A stretch of 63,413 nt of DNA, the filler included, from Neolecta irregularis DAH-3 (lineage: Eukaryota): NCBI GenBank assembly GCA_001929475.1. It is 9 parts of 9 records of this genome, joined end to end, with 100 filler letters (N's around TTAATTAATTAA, not from the genome) between each part and the next. Parts side by side here need not be neighbours in the genome. Positions count along the whole stretch, not along the records: positions 26,829 to 37,528 come from LXFE01003406.1; positions 37,629 to 40,820 come from LXFE01003409.1; 7 more parts are not named here. One strand, given 5' to 3'. The notes under the pieces are model-generated. The model was not told the DNA's origin. It was given only the letters and a program-made list of their open reading frames with translations, and made no database searches. Both the position numbers and the translations under genes were made by a program. Shown one piece after another: positions 26,729 to 40,101 of the stretch (its first letter is position 1; the number at the start of each line of letters is the position of its first letter).

Positions 26729-26849
26729 NNNNNNNNNNNNNNNNNNNNNNNNNNNNNNNNNNNNNNNNNNNNTTAATTAATTAANNNNNNNNNNNNNNNN
26801 NNNNNNNNNNNNNNNNNNNNNNNNNNNNTTTTTCAACCTATTGCAAACC

Positions 26850-27085
26850 ATGTTGTCGATTTTGGTTTTCATCGCGTTGTGTGGAAAGCTTTCAGTTGCA
26901 ACCCCATATATCGACCAATTCAAACTTGTTGCCGGCGAAAAATATGCACCTTGCGCTAGCTTGAAAGAGGCCGTCCATAGTAGTATCTGCGAGGAGAGGA
27001 ATCTGGGAAACGTGGATCCGCCAACTCCAGAGGAACGTTGTGCTGAAGAATGCACCAATGCCCTATATTTCTGCAACTCTTTCGT
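26850..27085 (+). CDS. Secreted PAN/Apple-like family member, fragment truncated by gap
   Basis: Near-identical to 35963-36198 (9 nt differences). Confidence 0.75.
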
Positions 27086-27095
27086 NNNNNNNNNN

Positions 27096-27172
27096 CAAGT
27101 AAAATACCAAGTAAGTCCAAGCAAGCAAGTCCAAAGGGCTGAAATATGCAAGCAAGCAAGTCTGGTTGCACC
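27096..27172 (+). repeat. CAAGT/CAAG-rich dispersed repeat (related to 37935-38050)
   Basis: Shared caagtaaaata.caagtaagtccaa..caagtctgg. Confidence 0.6.
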
Positions 27173-27299
27173 ACAACAACCTCTGTTAGCGGCGCTGAAG
27201 TATTTTTTTATATCTAAAACTACAAGTACGCATCAGGTTAATCCTACTGTTTTACATATCATCTATGCGTTCAACTTGGGGTTTCCGTTCAAGAATACA

Positions 27300-28873
<1,574 letters not shown>

Positions 28874-28942
28874 ATGGGATATGGATGAAAGAGGCGATTG
28901 GTGGAGCAAAAGTCCGAATTTTCCAGTTCACAACTCCATTCA

Positions 28943-29270
28943 ATGGCAGATTCGACAGAAGTATCCAACCGTCCAGTTGTTCCGCTGCCAAACTCATTTC
29001 AAAGAACACCCGCAGAACTTGCCAAACTCAAAGACATGACTATCAGAAACGGATGGGTTAAAGTCATGAAGGCGAGACTAGTCAGGGAAGAATTGCGGGA
29101 GTGCTATTATCGTGAAGGCGTCAACCATTACGAGGTTTGTCATAGATCTATTCTGCGCTAAGTCAATAGAAATGCGGAGATCTGGCAAGATATTATATGA
29201 AATTGATTCGTGAGGATAGAAAAGTAGGCCCGATAGTCGTGGATTTCAATTGAATTCAGCGTAAAAGTAA
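28943..29270 (+). CDS. Complex I subunit NDUFB10 (PDSW/12 kDa)
   Basis: IRNGWVKVMKARLVREELRECYYREGVNHYE|KCGDL; 3' end uncertain. Confidence 0.85.
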
Positions 29271-29314
29271 GCCTCTTCTGTTTGATGCGTTTTTGCACTG
29301 CTACAACTTCATTC

Positions 29315-30130
29315 TTACGTGTTCTCTTGGATCATTCGTTTCAGATAAACCCGCACCCGTTGATCCTCACAAACATCGATGGGGGTTTTTCCCTCTTTAT
29401 CTGGTTGATCCATATCTGCTCCCTTGCTCATAAGAAACACAACGGCATCTCCATGGCCTTCTGCGCACGCATGGTGTAGTACAGTCCATCCACTCGAGTC
29501 ACTCGCATTCAAAGGTGATTTTGCGTCGATGAGAATCGATAGAAGAGACACTACTCCGATTGAAGCAGCACGGTGACTTGTCTTAGATACGTCGTAGAAG
29601 GAAGATACAGTGCGTTTTGCTGTTGTCCATCACGCTGTTTCACGTTTGCTCCAGCTGCGATTAAAGCTCGGGTGATCTGTGTCAAGTAAATATTGAAATA
29701 CACCACAGAATACCCCAACGTGGCTCTTTGATACGGCAAAATGTCTACTCATTCAGCTTTGAATCTCGAAGGCAAGAACGTACAGAGCAGATTGTCCACT
29801 TGAACTTGTTTCATTCACATTTGCGCCTTTTTCAATCAACCTTTTCAGGATATCATCGTTCCCGACGCTCGCTGAACAATCAAAGACGTCTTGCAAACGC
29901 ATACCGGCAATCATAAGAGCAGTCCAACCTGCCCCATCTTTTATATCAACACCACATTCGTCATATCCCGTCAGTATTTCCACAATCTCATAATTCGAAG
30001 TTGAGCAAGCCCAGTGTAACGCAGTTCTGGAATCCTCATCCAAATCATTTATCTTCTTTGGGTCCGATGAGACCGTTGACCGCACGAGTCTTACTGAGTT
30101 CGCTTGTGTTAAAGCTTGGAGGGATGACAT
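29315..30130 (-). CDS. NAS6: Ankyrin-repeat protein, Nas6/gankyrin (PSMD10)-like
   Basis: DEDSRTALHWACS, DGAGWTALMIA, GQSAL, GWTVLHHACAEGHGDA, DKEGKTP. Confidence 0.75.
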
Positions 30131-30974
30131 GGTGTAGTTGATTGCGTCCACTTGACCGAGTACTACATAGTTGTTTGAGTTACAAACCATAGTAGCATAG
30201 CAGAGAAATAATTTGATAATTGACGTTTTATGATTCAATCTAACCCATGCTCGTACTAGATCATCTCGAGAAAAGTAGCTATGAGCATTGCACCATATAA
30301 TGCACTATAAAAACCACTATACAATTCATGCTTCTTGAAGTACTACAGAGTTCGTCAGGCGCATTTTCGTTATACCAGAATAATCAATGTACAAGAGGCG
30401 GTTATCGAGAGTTGTGCCATATACAAACTACCATCAATTACCCAACCAAGGCCGTTAATTTAAAAAATCATATACCCCCTCAATTATTTCGATTTATTTT
30501 CTACAACAATGTCTTTTAGACACCCAGAGTCACGGCTTGCTTCCCTATCCATGGACATTCTGAGTCCCGTCAAACAGGTCTCTTTGCGTGCTCGCGGTAG
30601 TCTTATAATGATTCTCGCGTTTAACCATTATTTTCCAGCTTCTATTGTATGGTCGGATTTGGAGTATGCGAACAATTCACATTTTTTTGGAATAATATCT
30701 CGCTCAGTGATTGTAAGTGATCGCCTGAAGTACGAATAAGACCCAGTATATTCAAACCAAGGTAAGTGAACTTGGTTAGGTACACATAATCCCTCTGTAT
30801 TATATAGCTCCTCAAATGACTGTTGAACTGATAACGTCTCCATGTGTTCCGTAAGAACATAAGTAAGAACCCATGTTCTCACAGTGATTGAATTAAATCA
30901 CTGATAATATGCCTTTCAGCTAATATTTATGATGAAAGGCATCTGTGACCTCATTGTCTTCGCCTTCGCAAACT

Positions 30975-31201
30975 ATGTCCCTATCTTCTGTACCATCTAG
31001 TGGATTTGCAATTTTTGATCCTTTTAGCATCCCCCTTGCCATACTGAGGCCTGTGCCATCCAATCATGTCTTCAAAAAACCGGAATAGATGAGAAAAAAT
31101 GTAAAGCACAAATCAACGCGCTTCATGAATGCTGTAAACAACTACAAAGTGAAGGAAGATCAAGTGTGTCGTGTCCGAGGAGGCTCAAAAAACAATTATA
31201 G
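30975..31201 (+). CDS. CMC4: Twin Cx9C mitochondrial IMS protein Cmc4 (MTCP1 family)
   Basis: Absent from the ORF track; MSLSS|intron 30990-31027|HPPCHTEACAIQSCLQKTGIDEKKCKAQINALHECCKQLQSEGRSSVSCP. Confidence 0.88.
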
Positions 31202-31503
31202 ATCGGATACGATAAACGGCAGAATATAAAGACCCTTAAAGCTGGGCTCCCAACAACTGCCGGCGTGTAAAACCAATGCTGCTTAGGTAAAGAATATTTT
31301 TTGGAATTACGCATCCCAACTACAAATGAGTAGGTCAATTAGAAAACTTTTATTACGACCCCTTCAGCGGAAAATAAAACCTAAATAGATTGTTAGGTTC
31401 TCGTACCACAGGAAAATTATTAGCCGAAAAAATAGAAGAATAAAGAAGGAAAGAACAATGCAAACCACCAAACTACAGAAGTAATAAAGATCCGGAAAAC
31501 AAT

Positions 31504-34262
31504 CTACTCAAAGGACATTGTAATTTGCTCCTCTTCATCCTCGAAGATCAACGGCTGGCTCTGGTTCTTGTGTTGCAGGTCGAATGAATGCGTATGCGTA
31601 GGTTCACAGCAGATATTAGACAAATCTGAAGTTTGATTGCACGGAGAAATAATAAGAGGAGGTAACGAGCTTTCAATTTCTCGGATAGGGAAGTACTGGT
31701 CCTCCGAGCCCTCAGACGAATAAATAGGCTGCACAGGAATACAAGATTCTTTTGGCTTTTGTATCACTGGAGCGGGCGATGGCTTATTATTCTCAATTTC
31801 TTGTCGTATCATATCAACATCAAATAATGTGGGTTGTTGATCAAATTCATCGTAATCGAAATAGTCCTTTTTCTTTCTCCTTTTTGGGCCAAAGAAACTG
31901 AAGGGACGACGATTTTTGTGTCTCATACTGAGCGATATCTCTGCTTCTCGGATCTGACGCTCAATTTTCCGTTCCCGGATAATGTTCTGTGTTGTCAGTA
32001 AGCATATATATAAATGAAAGATTGCAAACCGGATCAGCTTCCTCAATTTCTTCAATTTCTTCACTGGTAACCAACCAACCAATCTCTTTCATTAGCCTTG
32101 GCATATTTTCGCGATAGGCCAAGTGAGAGACAACGATGTCGGTAACATCGAGATTTTCCACACTTTCGACGTATGAAACTTCTTTTAAGCCAGCTACATG
32201 GCCAAGACCGCCGGAACTAGCTCGAAAGAGATATCCGAGTACCCAATCATCTTTCTTATAGCCATTCACAAACCGACCAGCGACGACGGAATTCGCTTGA
32301 ATCCATTCGTCTTGTTTGACGATAACAGGAAGGCCAAAAAGAAAGACATCGAGAACCAAACCGTATGCGTTCATCCGAGCAAGTTCAAGAAGGCAATGAT
32401 ATATCACCCGAGCGCCAATCGAGAAGCCAACAAGACTTATTGGGCGAATGCCTAGATTTCGGTGAAGCAATGTATCAGCAAGGATCTACAGCAGTCAAGT
32501 ATAGAAAATCCAAGTAAAAGTACCAATCCGCAAGCAGCCGCGCGATCTAATGAACTAGCCATGGGATTGTCAATTAAATATCCAAGTTTTGTTAGCCATA
32601 ATGGCCATTGCAGAGCTCCCATAAGCGACATAAGGATAGTTTGCCCAAGCACGGTTTGTACAGATTGTGTGAAGACCTTTTGCAATCAGTGAAATTTGGG
32701 ACAGTAGTTACCTCAGTTGCAAGTAGGGACATTGTCTGACCCATTGAAGTCAGAACTTCTGGATCCCAGTATAAAGAAATAACATCGCTCATGATCGGAT
32801 CGAGTGTTGAAAAAGGTAATCGAATATCGTCTTCCTTGTTTAACATCCATCTATATATGAGAATTTTCCAGATATTAGGAGGGACCCGGAAATAGTCAGC
32901 AGTAGTCCTGTCCGTTTGTTGTTGTGCAAAGGTTTAAATTCGAAAATTTTCACATTCCTTGTTCGTCTGTACATCCCTTTCCCAGCTATTGTGGCCCCAG
33001 TAACCGCACCACCAGTAGTGATTAGCGCTGCGCCCGATGTCCCCGTCAGAAATGCACTTGTTCCTGACAATTATGCGGTGAAAGATGTGCAAAACATACC
33101 AGCTACTCCTATCGTCGTAAATGCAGCACCAAATCCTGCTCCGATAACTGGTGCAAGTACGCCTGCAGAAAGACCAATAACGAGTCCACCGCCTAGATTA
33201 GCTTAGTGTCGCAAAAAAAAGGTACCTAGAGTGGCCAGACCCATCATCATATATCGCTTATTCTTGGCCAGTTTTTCTCTTGCTTCAACGGCTTCTTGCT
33301 GTTTCCATTCGGATTCATTCGCCTGCTGAACCTCCAAGGCATCCGATACCCTCTTTTCGAATTTTGAAATATCCAGCCATGAAAGTCCTAAAACAAGTCC
33401 AATTCGTTCAAGAAGCACCCTCGCACGGGAATCGTAAGCACCGTCATTCACCAACAGCAAGAATAGATCACACAGAACAGTCCATCTAACGTCAAGGGCG
33501 AATTGGGATTGCTCGGATAATTGAGCAGGAGAAATTATATCGTGGAATTCGAGGTTGGGGTCGCTCGATTTTGGCGATTTTGGGGGACAGAGGTGAAAAG
33601 CAAGATCGCAGTCCCGGACGTCATGATCTGAAAGCTGCTCAATCATAATTTGTTCTGATGATTAGCATTAGAACACTAAGATACTTGCCGGCAGGGTTGA
33701 TGTCCATGTGGGTGTAAACACGCTTCATGGCTGTCTGAGTCCATATAATCATGCATTCTACAGCGATACGGGCTTCCATTACCCGGAACTGACTGATCCT
33801 ACGGAGCATGTCGTTAAGGCTGAGGCGACAGAGACCGACATAGGCGATACGTTGGTGATCCGTAAGCAGCTGCTTGGTGGCCTGCATTTGCTCAAATGTA
33901 GTCATACCGCCCTCATCATCGTCCTGAAATAGATATTTCGTACGCTCATCCATAGAAGTAGTACTGGCAGCGTCTTCATCAATATTGACTCGAGTATAGG
34001 CTGCAGCGTCTTTTACATCTGTGTTGTTCGTGTTTGAGTTCGTGTTCATGTTCATTTCCAAATCGCAATTAATAACCCGCTCCATTTCCTGCCATTCATC
34101 AAGTCCAACAGATGCACCTTCTGCTACTGAAGCATCGATGTGTACATCCGCTTGCCGCAGGAAATGCCGGTCTTTGGGAGCTAAAGGAGATGCAACCCGA
34201 AGGTTTTCGATCCTCGGCAAACCAAATTCATCAAGTTCTTCCTTTTTTCGCGCCGTCGCCAT
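31504..34262 (-). CDS. DUF726 / TMCO4-like membrane protein (Mil1-like), multi-exon
   Basis: DVRWTVLCDLFL..YDSRAR, GGLVIGLSAGVLAPVIG, LQWPLWLTKLGYLIDNP, RPISLVGFSIGARVI, DDWVLGYLFR. Confidence 0.92.
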
Positions 34263-34801
34263 GCAGCATCTAAATATCTAGATAGAGTCTGGAAAAAAGA
34301 GGGTCGCAATTGCGATGTCAGGAATCTTTGCCTAAAACGTCTTGGGTGGGGGTTTGGATCATTCCGATTTGACCGCAACAACTGTGCAATCGGCCATTTC
34401 AAGTTTCCCCATATCAACATATAATATGACCTGTTTTCGAACCGTGTCCTCCTTGTGCTGCGATTTCTGGATTACGATTGCTCACGATTTCATGACAGGA
34501 AGGTGCTTGTCTTAAATATTTGTACTGCCAAACATAAATTTGTCTCGAATTTCATGAATCTAGGCAACACATTGCTTCCAACATTTTACGAACTGGTATT
34601 CCCACTAAAACATTTAGTGATGTGAGACTGCCAAGGAATAATCCCCGATACTCTCAGCAGAGTCGGTACATTTGGATGTCCACATTATCTTCTGAGACAA
34701 GATGACAAGATTGTTTTCCTGGTGCGTTTGTCATGGGGCCGGTAAATCCCCGCCAGGTTCCTCTTTTCTAGATCTCCTTATGTCTTGCTTTCTCCGTTAC
34801 A

Positions 34802-35591
34802 CTCGAACCTGGCTATAGAGAACCTTTGGATAACGAATTTTTCCTTATAACGAACCAAACTGTAACATTAACTGGTATGGGGTTTAACGACTTTAAACCT
34901 TACTACCTAGTTCGTTAGATTAATGCAAAATCCCTTATAAAATGAAACGCCGTTCCACGAACAAATGAACAACAGATTGCTTTGCATACCCACCAGCACC
35001 TGGATCCTCATCTGGAATATAAATCTTTAAACCAGTGGTTTATTGAACAATAAAATAGACTTATCACTGCATCCTATATCTTTGAGATCCACTCACCCTG
35101 GTATAATAATCTTGACTCTGACAAAGCCTCTGAATCAAAGTGCCTACATGTTGAACAATGGTGCGGGGCCTTGGAGCAGTGTTGTGGACGGGCCATGGGC
35201 TTAGCCCATGGGCTAAAGGCCGGCCCATAGGCCCATCGGCCAAGACAGGCTTTTTCACGTGATATGAGATAATACTATTTAGGGCAGCCCTTATACAATA
35301 GGTCTATTGTATTACTCAATAAACCACTGGTTTAAAGCCTTATATTCCAGATCAGGACTCAGGCTATGGTGGGCATGCACAGCAATCTTTTGCTCATTTG
35401 TAATAGCGGAACAGCGTTTCAAACTTTCTTTTGAAAACCAATTTCGCAATAATCTAACGAACTTAGTAGTAAGGTTTAAATCCGTTAAACCCTATACAAA
35501 TTTATTTTGGTAGAGATTGGATTCATTATAAGGAGGGATTCGTTATAAGAAGAAATTGGGTATACAGAGGTTCCCTATAGCCAGGTTTGAG
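34802..35591. mobile_element. Two inward-facing 5' ends of a decayed pogo/CENP-B-type DNA transposon forming a long inverted repeat
   Basis: Ends CTCGAACCTGGCTATAG and CTATAGCCAGGTTTGAG; both arms encode a degenerate KRR..TNEQ.IA..H..P.LEYK.LNQWFIE CENP-B-type N-terminal HTH with stops and frameshifts. Confidence 0.75.
35177..35250 (+). mobile_element. CAGTGTTG-type terminus nested between the pogo arms
   Basis: cagtgttgtggacgggccatgggc..ggcccataggccc. Confidence 0.5.
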
Positions 35592-35685
35592 ACTGCATTT
35601 GGGTCAAAATGGTGGCTGGCCAACGCACCCTCAGCCAATTGCTCTTTCCGCCGTGAATTCATTACCTATTATGATTTCAGTCTAT

Positions 35686-35906
35686 TATAAATCATTATTT
35701 AAAGTACGGAAAGAGGAAATGGCTGACTCATTTTCAACACGAGTATACCGGATGGGTGGCAGGAAAATACTATTAGGCTGAATCTGGACAGGAAATGTCC
35801 CGATCTTGAGAGTGATAACTAATTACGGAAAATGGCTGACTCGTTTTCAACACAAATGCTTCCGAATGCGGGATCCATTTTCCAACCACATGTCCGCATT
35901 CAGTAG
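35686..35906 (+). promoter_or_regulatory. Two AAATGGCTGACTC units upstream of the PAN-family gene (the first contains TGACTCAT, a Gcn4/AP-1-type site)
   Basis: Homology to 23615-23925 and 62881-62980; regulatory role inferred. Confidence 0.45.
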
Positions 35907-35962
35907 AATTTGTGGTTTAAGTGAGATGCCCGGCCCGAATATTTTTCAACCTATTGCAAACC

Positions 35963-37257
35963 ATGTTGTCGATTTTGGTTTTCATCGCGTTGTGTGGAAA
36001 GCTTTCATTTGCAACCCCATATATCGACCAATTCGAAATTGTTGTGCGCGAAAAATATGCACCTTGCGCTAGCTTGAAAGAGGCCGTCCATAGTAGTATC
36101 TGCGAGGAGGGGGATCTGGGAAACGTGGATCTGCCAACTCCAGAGGAACGTTGTGCTGAAGAATGCACCAATGCCCTATATTTCTGCAACTCTTTCGTTC
36201 TGGCTACTGAAGGAGGAAACCTCAACTGCTACTTGTTTCCTTTTTCGAATATCCGTCACCAGCTCAGAAAGAAAGAGGAATCGTGTCTCTTCCGGTCGGT
36301 ATATGAGTATGAAGTTGGGATTAAAAAGTCATCTGATGTTCTAGTCTTGCTGTTCAATCAGATTTTGTAACCCCTGTTCGCCAAATATCTCTTGATGCCA
36401 TTCATCTTGGTCCTATAGAATGGTTTAAGAAAGTGAAAAGCTTCTTCAAGATTAATGGCTCAAATTTCGATTTGATTCTAATTGAGTTTCTAAGATATTG
36501 CAGATACGCTGTAATAGAGGCGGCTAAAGCTGTCCCTGAACAGCCAGCTTCACTATCGAATTCTCTCGATCGAAAGTCGCTCCTTTACGCACTCAAGTCA
36601 TGGAGTTCTCTAAAACCTAAATATTCGACTGACTTTGATCGGCTCATATTGATGTTTCTCAAGCTTTACGGACCGAAACCACATGATGTTGATCTCGAGT
36701 CGTATTACTATGGTTCATATGGAGATGACCGTGGTGTCATTGTCGTTTCGTTTGGGGCAGGTCACTATATTACAATTGATGCAAGTTCCCCTGATTTTGA
36801 TGAGATTACATACATATCTGCGGATGGTAACTTTGAACAAGAAGACAGTAGAGTAGAGGTAGCTGTTTCCTTATATCTAAAGAGCTCGGACCACGTAGGC
36901 AACCATACCCCCGGAACAACGAAACTTCGCAAGACACAAAGCGCTCAGATAAACTGTGTTGATTCAATTGCTCCCGGCTCTTCCGAGGCTGAGCTTCAGC
37001 GAGAAGCAGGGGTCGCAGCTGTCGAGCGCGTTAGACGGGGATTAAACAATTTCGGAAATGGAAATTATAAGCTGTCCCTTCCATCAAAATTGGTTGGCGA
37101 TATGATTACATTCGTATTATCATGGGTTTACAAGGTTCGTCAGGGCGATTTCAACTTTGAAGACGAAGTCGACCTTAAGGCTCGTCACACTCGAATTCAA
37201 GACACTAGAACGTTGAACTTTCCGAAAACCTCACTAGTCGATTTCATTTATAGCTAA
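35963..37257 (+). CDS. Secreted protein: signal peptide + PAN/Apple-like domain + unknown about 300-aa C-terminal region (about 418 aa)
   Basis: Intron 36307-36344 (GTATGA..CTGAT..TAG, phase 2) fuses ORF 35963-36370 in frame to ORF 36433-37257 with no stop; CAEEC..CNSF..CYLF PAN-like signature. Confidence 0.75.
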
Positions 37258-37849
37258 CGCCACACGTAAAGGATGTAGTCCCCCAGACAATATTTTGCAA
37301 TTCAATGTATCCTCAGTTTAATGAGTATTTAATATCTCTTGCCTTCCATACAAAAGACGTCTGTGTTTTGCAGGAGCGCGGTACCGGCAGCTCTACTGGG
37401 GCCGCGTCCCCGGCGGCGTCGTCTCCTGGGCCGTCTACGAGATCTCCCGCCGCAAAGAGGCCGCGCTGCCGCACCCCCCCGACGCCTTCCAGCCCATTCT
37501 GCCGCTCGCCAGCCAGGAGCGCTACCCGNNNNNNNNNNNNNNNNNNNNNNNNNNNNNNNNNNNNNNNNNNNNTTAATTAATTAANNNNNNNNNNNNNNNN
37601 NNNNNNNNNNNNNNNNNNNNNNNNNNNNGTTTCGTTTGAATACGTTGGTTGGTTGTTCAACTGTGAATTGATTTGCAATTTGCTCAAAGTTACATTCGCA
37701 AGATTTGTCACTGATCATGTGATATAGTGATCAGGATGATACGACATGAGTTTTGTATGTGCAGCATACTTCACCAATGAAAGAAATGGCCAGATAGAAA
37801 TTTGCTAGCACTTTTGGTTATTTAGTGAATATTGTATCGCACCTATCCT

Positions 37850-38055
37850 ACTTGTCAAAAAAATCGGCTTGACCTGCCCGCTCGCCGGAGGGTCTCCGGC
37901 GGGGTCGGGCGGGCGGGTGGACACACTGTAAAAATGTATCAAGCAAGCCCAGACAAGCAAGTCCAAGTTTGCAAGTAAAATAGCAAGTAAGTCCAATCAA
38001 GAAGTCCAAAGTCCAGACTTGGACTTGTTTACTTGTTAGCAAGTCTGGGTGTGGA
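37850..38055 (+). repeat. CAAGT-rich repeat with GC-rich segment, probable non-autonomous transposon remnant
   Basis: Many CAAG/CTTG motifs; partial copy at 27096-27172. Confidence 0.5.
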
Positions 38056-38249
38056 AGACAGGAAAGATGGGCCAGCCGGGCAGGATAGATGGGAGAGGCG
38101 AGAGAGATGGGCGGGTAAAATATCTGATAGACGAGTCATGTGGGACCACCAGCATTTGGCCAATGATATACTATTACCTCCTGCAAATTCGAATACTTTT
38201 CCATGATTGTTCATGCTATCTAAACTAAGATACAGCCCGTTTAGGTCCA

Positions 38250-39774
38250 TTACAACATTGATGTTTCATTACATGGTGATGCCCAAGGCTTGACCCCGGC
38301 CGGTTCAAGTATCCCGTTGACCTTAGGAAGTGGGCGCGCAAGAATTACAAGCATTTTACGTGCCCAACGTTCTTGTTTTTTTAAATCATCCGTTTTTGAA
38401 AGTTGTGCGATGATATCCTTGGCCTTCCTTTGATAATGTGAACAATCTTTACGGTTGTACTAGTAGATTAATCCAATCAAGAATGCATGTATTCACCAAT
38501 GCTTTCGCAGAATCTCTCAACGAGCGACGACGTGATTCGCAGGTAGTGTATGAGAGATTCAGACTATCAGGTTGACTATGAGGATGACATCCATCTAAAA
38601 CGAGTGCAACGAACACAAAGGGGTCTCCGTAGATCGTTTTGATAGTATTGTAAGCTGATGGTGCACAGATCGGAAGGCCTAATATAGGTCTATTTTTGAG
38701 CAAGAGTTTCCACTCGTCTACTCTTTGCTGAACAGTTTTTTCGACCACGAGCGATGTCTCTTCAGGCCGATGTGATGCAGCAAGATGAAAAACATCAAAA
38801 GGAACACCTCTGACATCTGTACCTGGTGGAATTACATTATTGGAATGATTCTCTGGTAAGGGATCGAGGGTGCTTGGTAGGTGACCCAGGTCAGGAGTGG
38901 AATATGCTTCTATGAAGTGATTCCCATCCCCGTCAATTGCAGAAGGAGTGCCTCCTGCATTTGTACCAGTTGGACGCTCAACCCGGAACAGGTCATGTAG
39001 TAATAAACGGAACGTGCCTGATGACTGTCCTGACCCTTTCCCATGGCCATAATCGATCTTTTGCACTTTATGAATTACACCATCGGTTTGCAGTTCAACA
39101 CTCTTTCGTTTGGTTTGGTCCCTCTGGTGGCTTTGAGTGCCTTTTGTTGCGAATCCTGATGCTTCACTACTTGATGATGCTTCACTACTTGATGATGGCC
39201 AATGCTTGACCCCGGCCGGATCAAGTATCCCCTTGACCTCAGGAACTGGACGCGCAAGATTTATGAGCACTTTGCGGGCCCAATGTTCTTGTGCCTCAAT
39301 GGAGTTCTTTTCTGAAAGTTGTGCAATGATATCCTTGGCCTTATTTTGATAATCTGAAGGATCATTCCTCTTGTACTAGTAGATGAGTGCAATCAAGAGT
39401 GCAGGTATTTACCAATTCTGTCAAAGAAGCTCTCAACAAGCGACGACGTGATTGGCAAGTAGGATATGAGAGATTCTGGTTCTCAGGTTGACTATGAGGG
39501 TGACATCCATCTAAAACGAGTGCAACGAACACAAAGGGGTCTCCGTAGATAGTTCTGATAGCATTGTAAGCTGTTGGTGCACAAATCGGAAGGCCTAATT
39601 CAGGTTTATTTTTGAGCAAGAGTTTCCAATCATCTACTATTTGTTGAACAGTTTTTTCGACCACGAGCGAAGTTTCTTCAGGCTGGTGTGACGCAGCAAG
39701 ATGAAAACCCGCAAAGGCAACACACCATAAGGACCCACGAGAATAAGCACAAGTTTGAAGCGACGCAATACCAT
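38250..39774 (-). CDS. Lineage-specific, probably secreted protein with two tandem about 165-aa repeats; 1-nt frameshift in the signal peptide
   Basis: Two homologous phase-0 introns join all pieces in frame; MVLRRFKLVLILVG+SLWCVAFAG needs one extra G near 39733. Confidence 0.65.
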
Positions 39775-39899
39775 GCAAATAACATGTCGATGTAAAGGTC
39801 GGTGTATAAGGAAAAGCCGTGAAACACTAGAAACATGAGTTGAAACACTTAGGCTTTATATATTGCTCCTTTCTGCCTCTTAAATATATGTCTCCTAAT

Positions 39900-40101
39900 A
39901 TCTGTCGAACTGAGCTATCGGTAACCTTCGCATAACGAGTTATTCCTGATAACGAATCTAACTGGCTTCCAAAATTGATTTGTATGGGATTTAACGAATT
40001 TAAATCTTACTACAAAGTTTGTTAGATTAGGGTTAAATTTGGTATAAAAAGCTATTTGAAATGCTGCTCCACAATTACTGATGAGCAAAAGATTGCTCTG
40101 T
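39900..40101 (+). mobile_element. Third degenerate 5' end of the pogo/CENP-B-like element
   Basis: Aligns with 34806-34985 (gtatggg.tttaacga.tttaaa.cttactac..agtt.gttagatta; TITDEQKIAL). Confidence 0.65.

Noticed and set aside
26729-26828. N-TTAATTAATTAA-N motif recurring eight times
   Set aside because: Artificial six-frame-stop contig linker; adjacency across linkers is not treated as biological
30330-30882. Possible spliced minus-strand gene divergent from CMC4
   Set aside because: Could not assemble a consistent exon chain or recognise a motif
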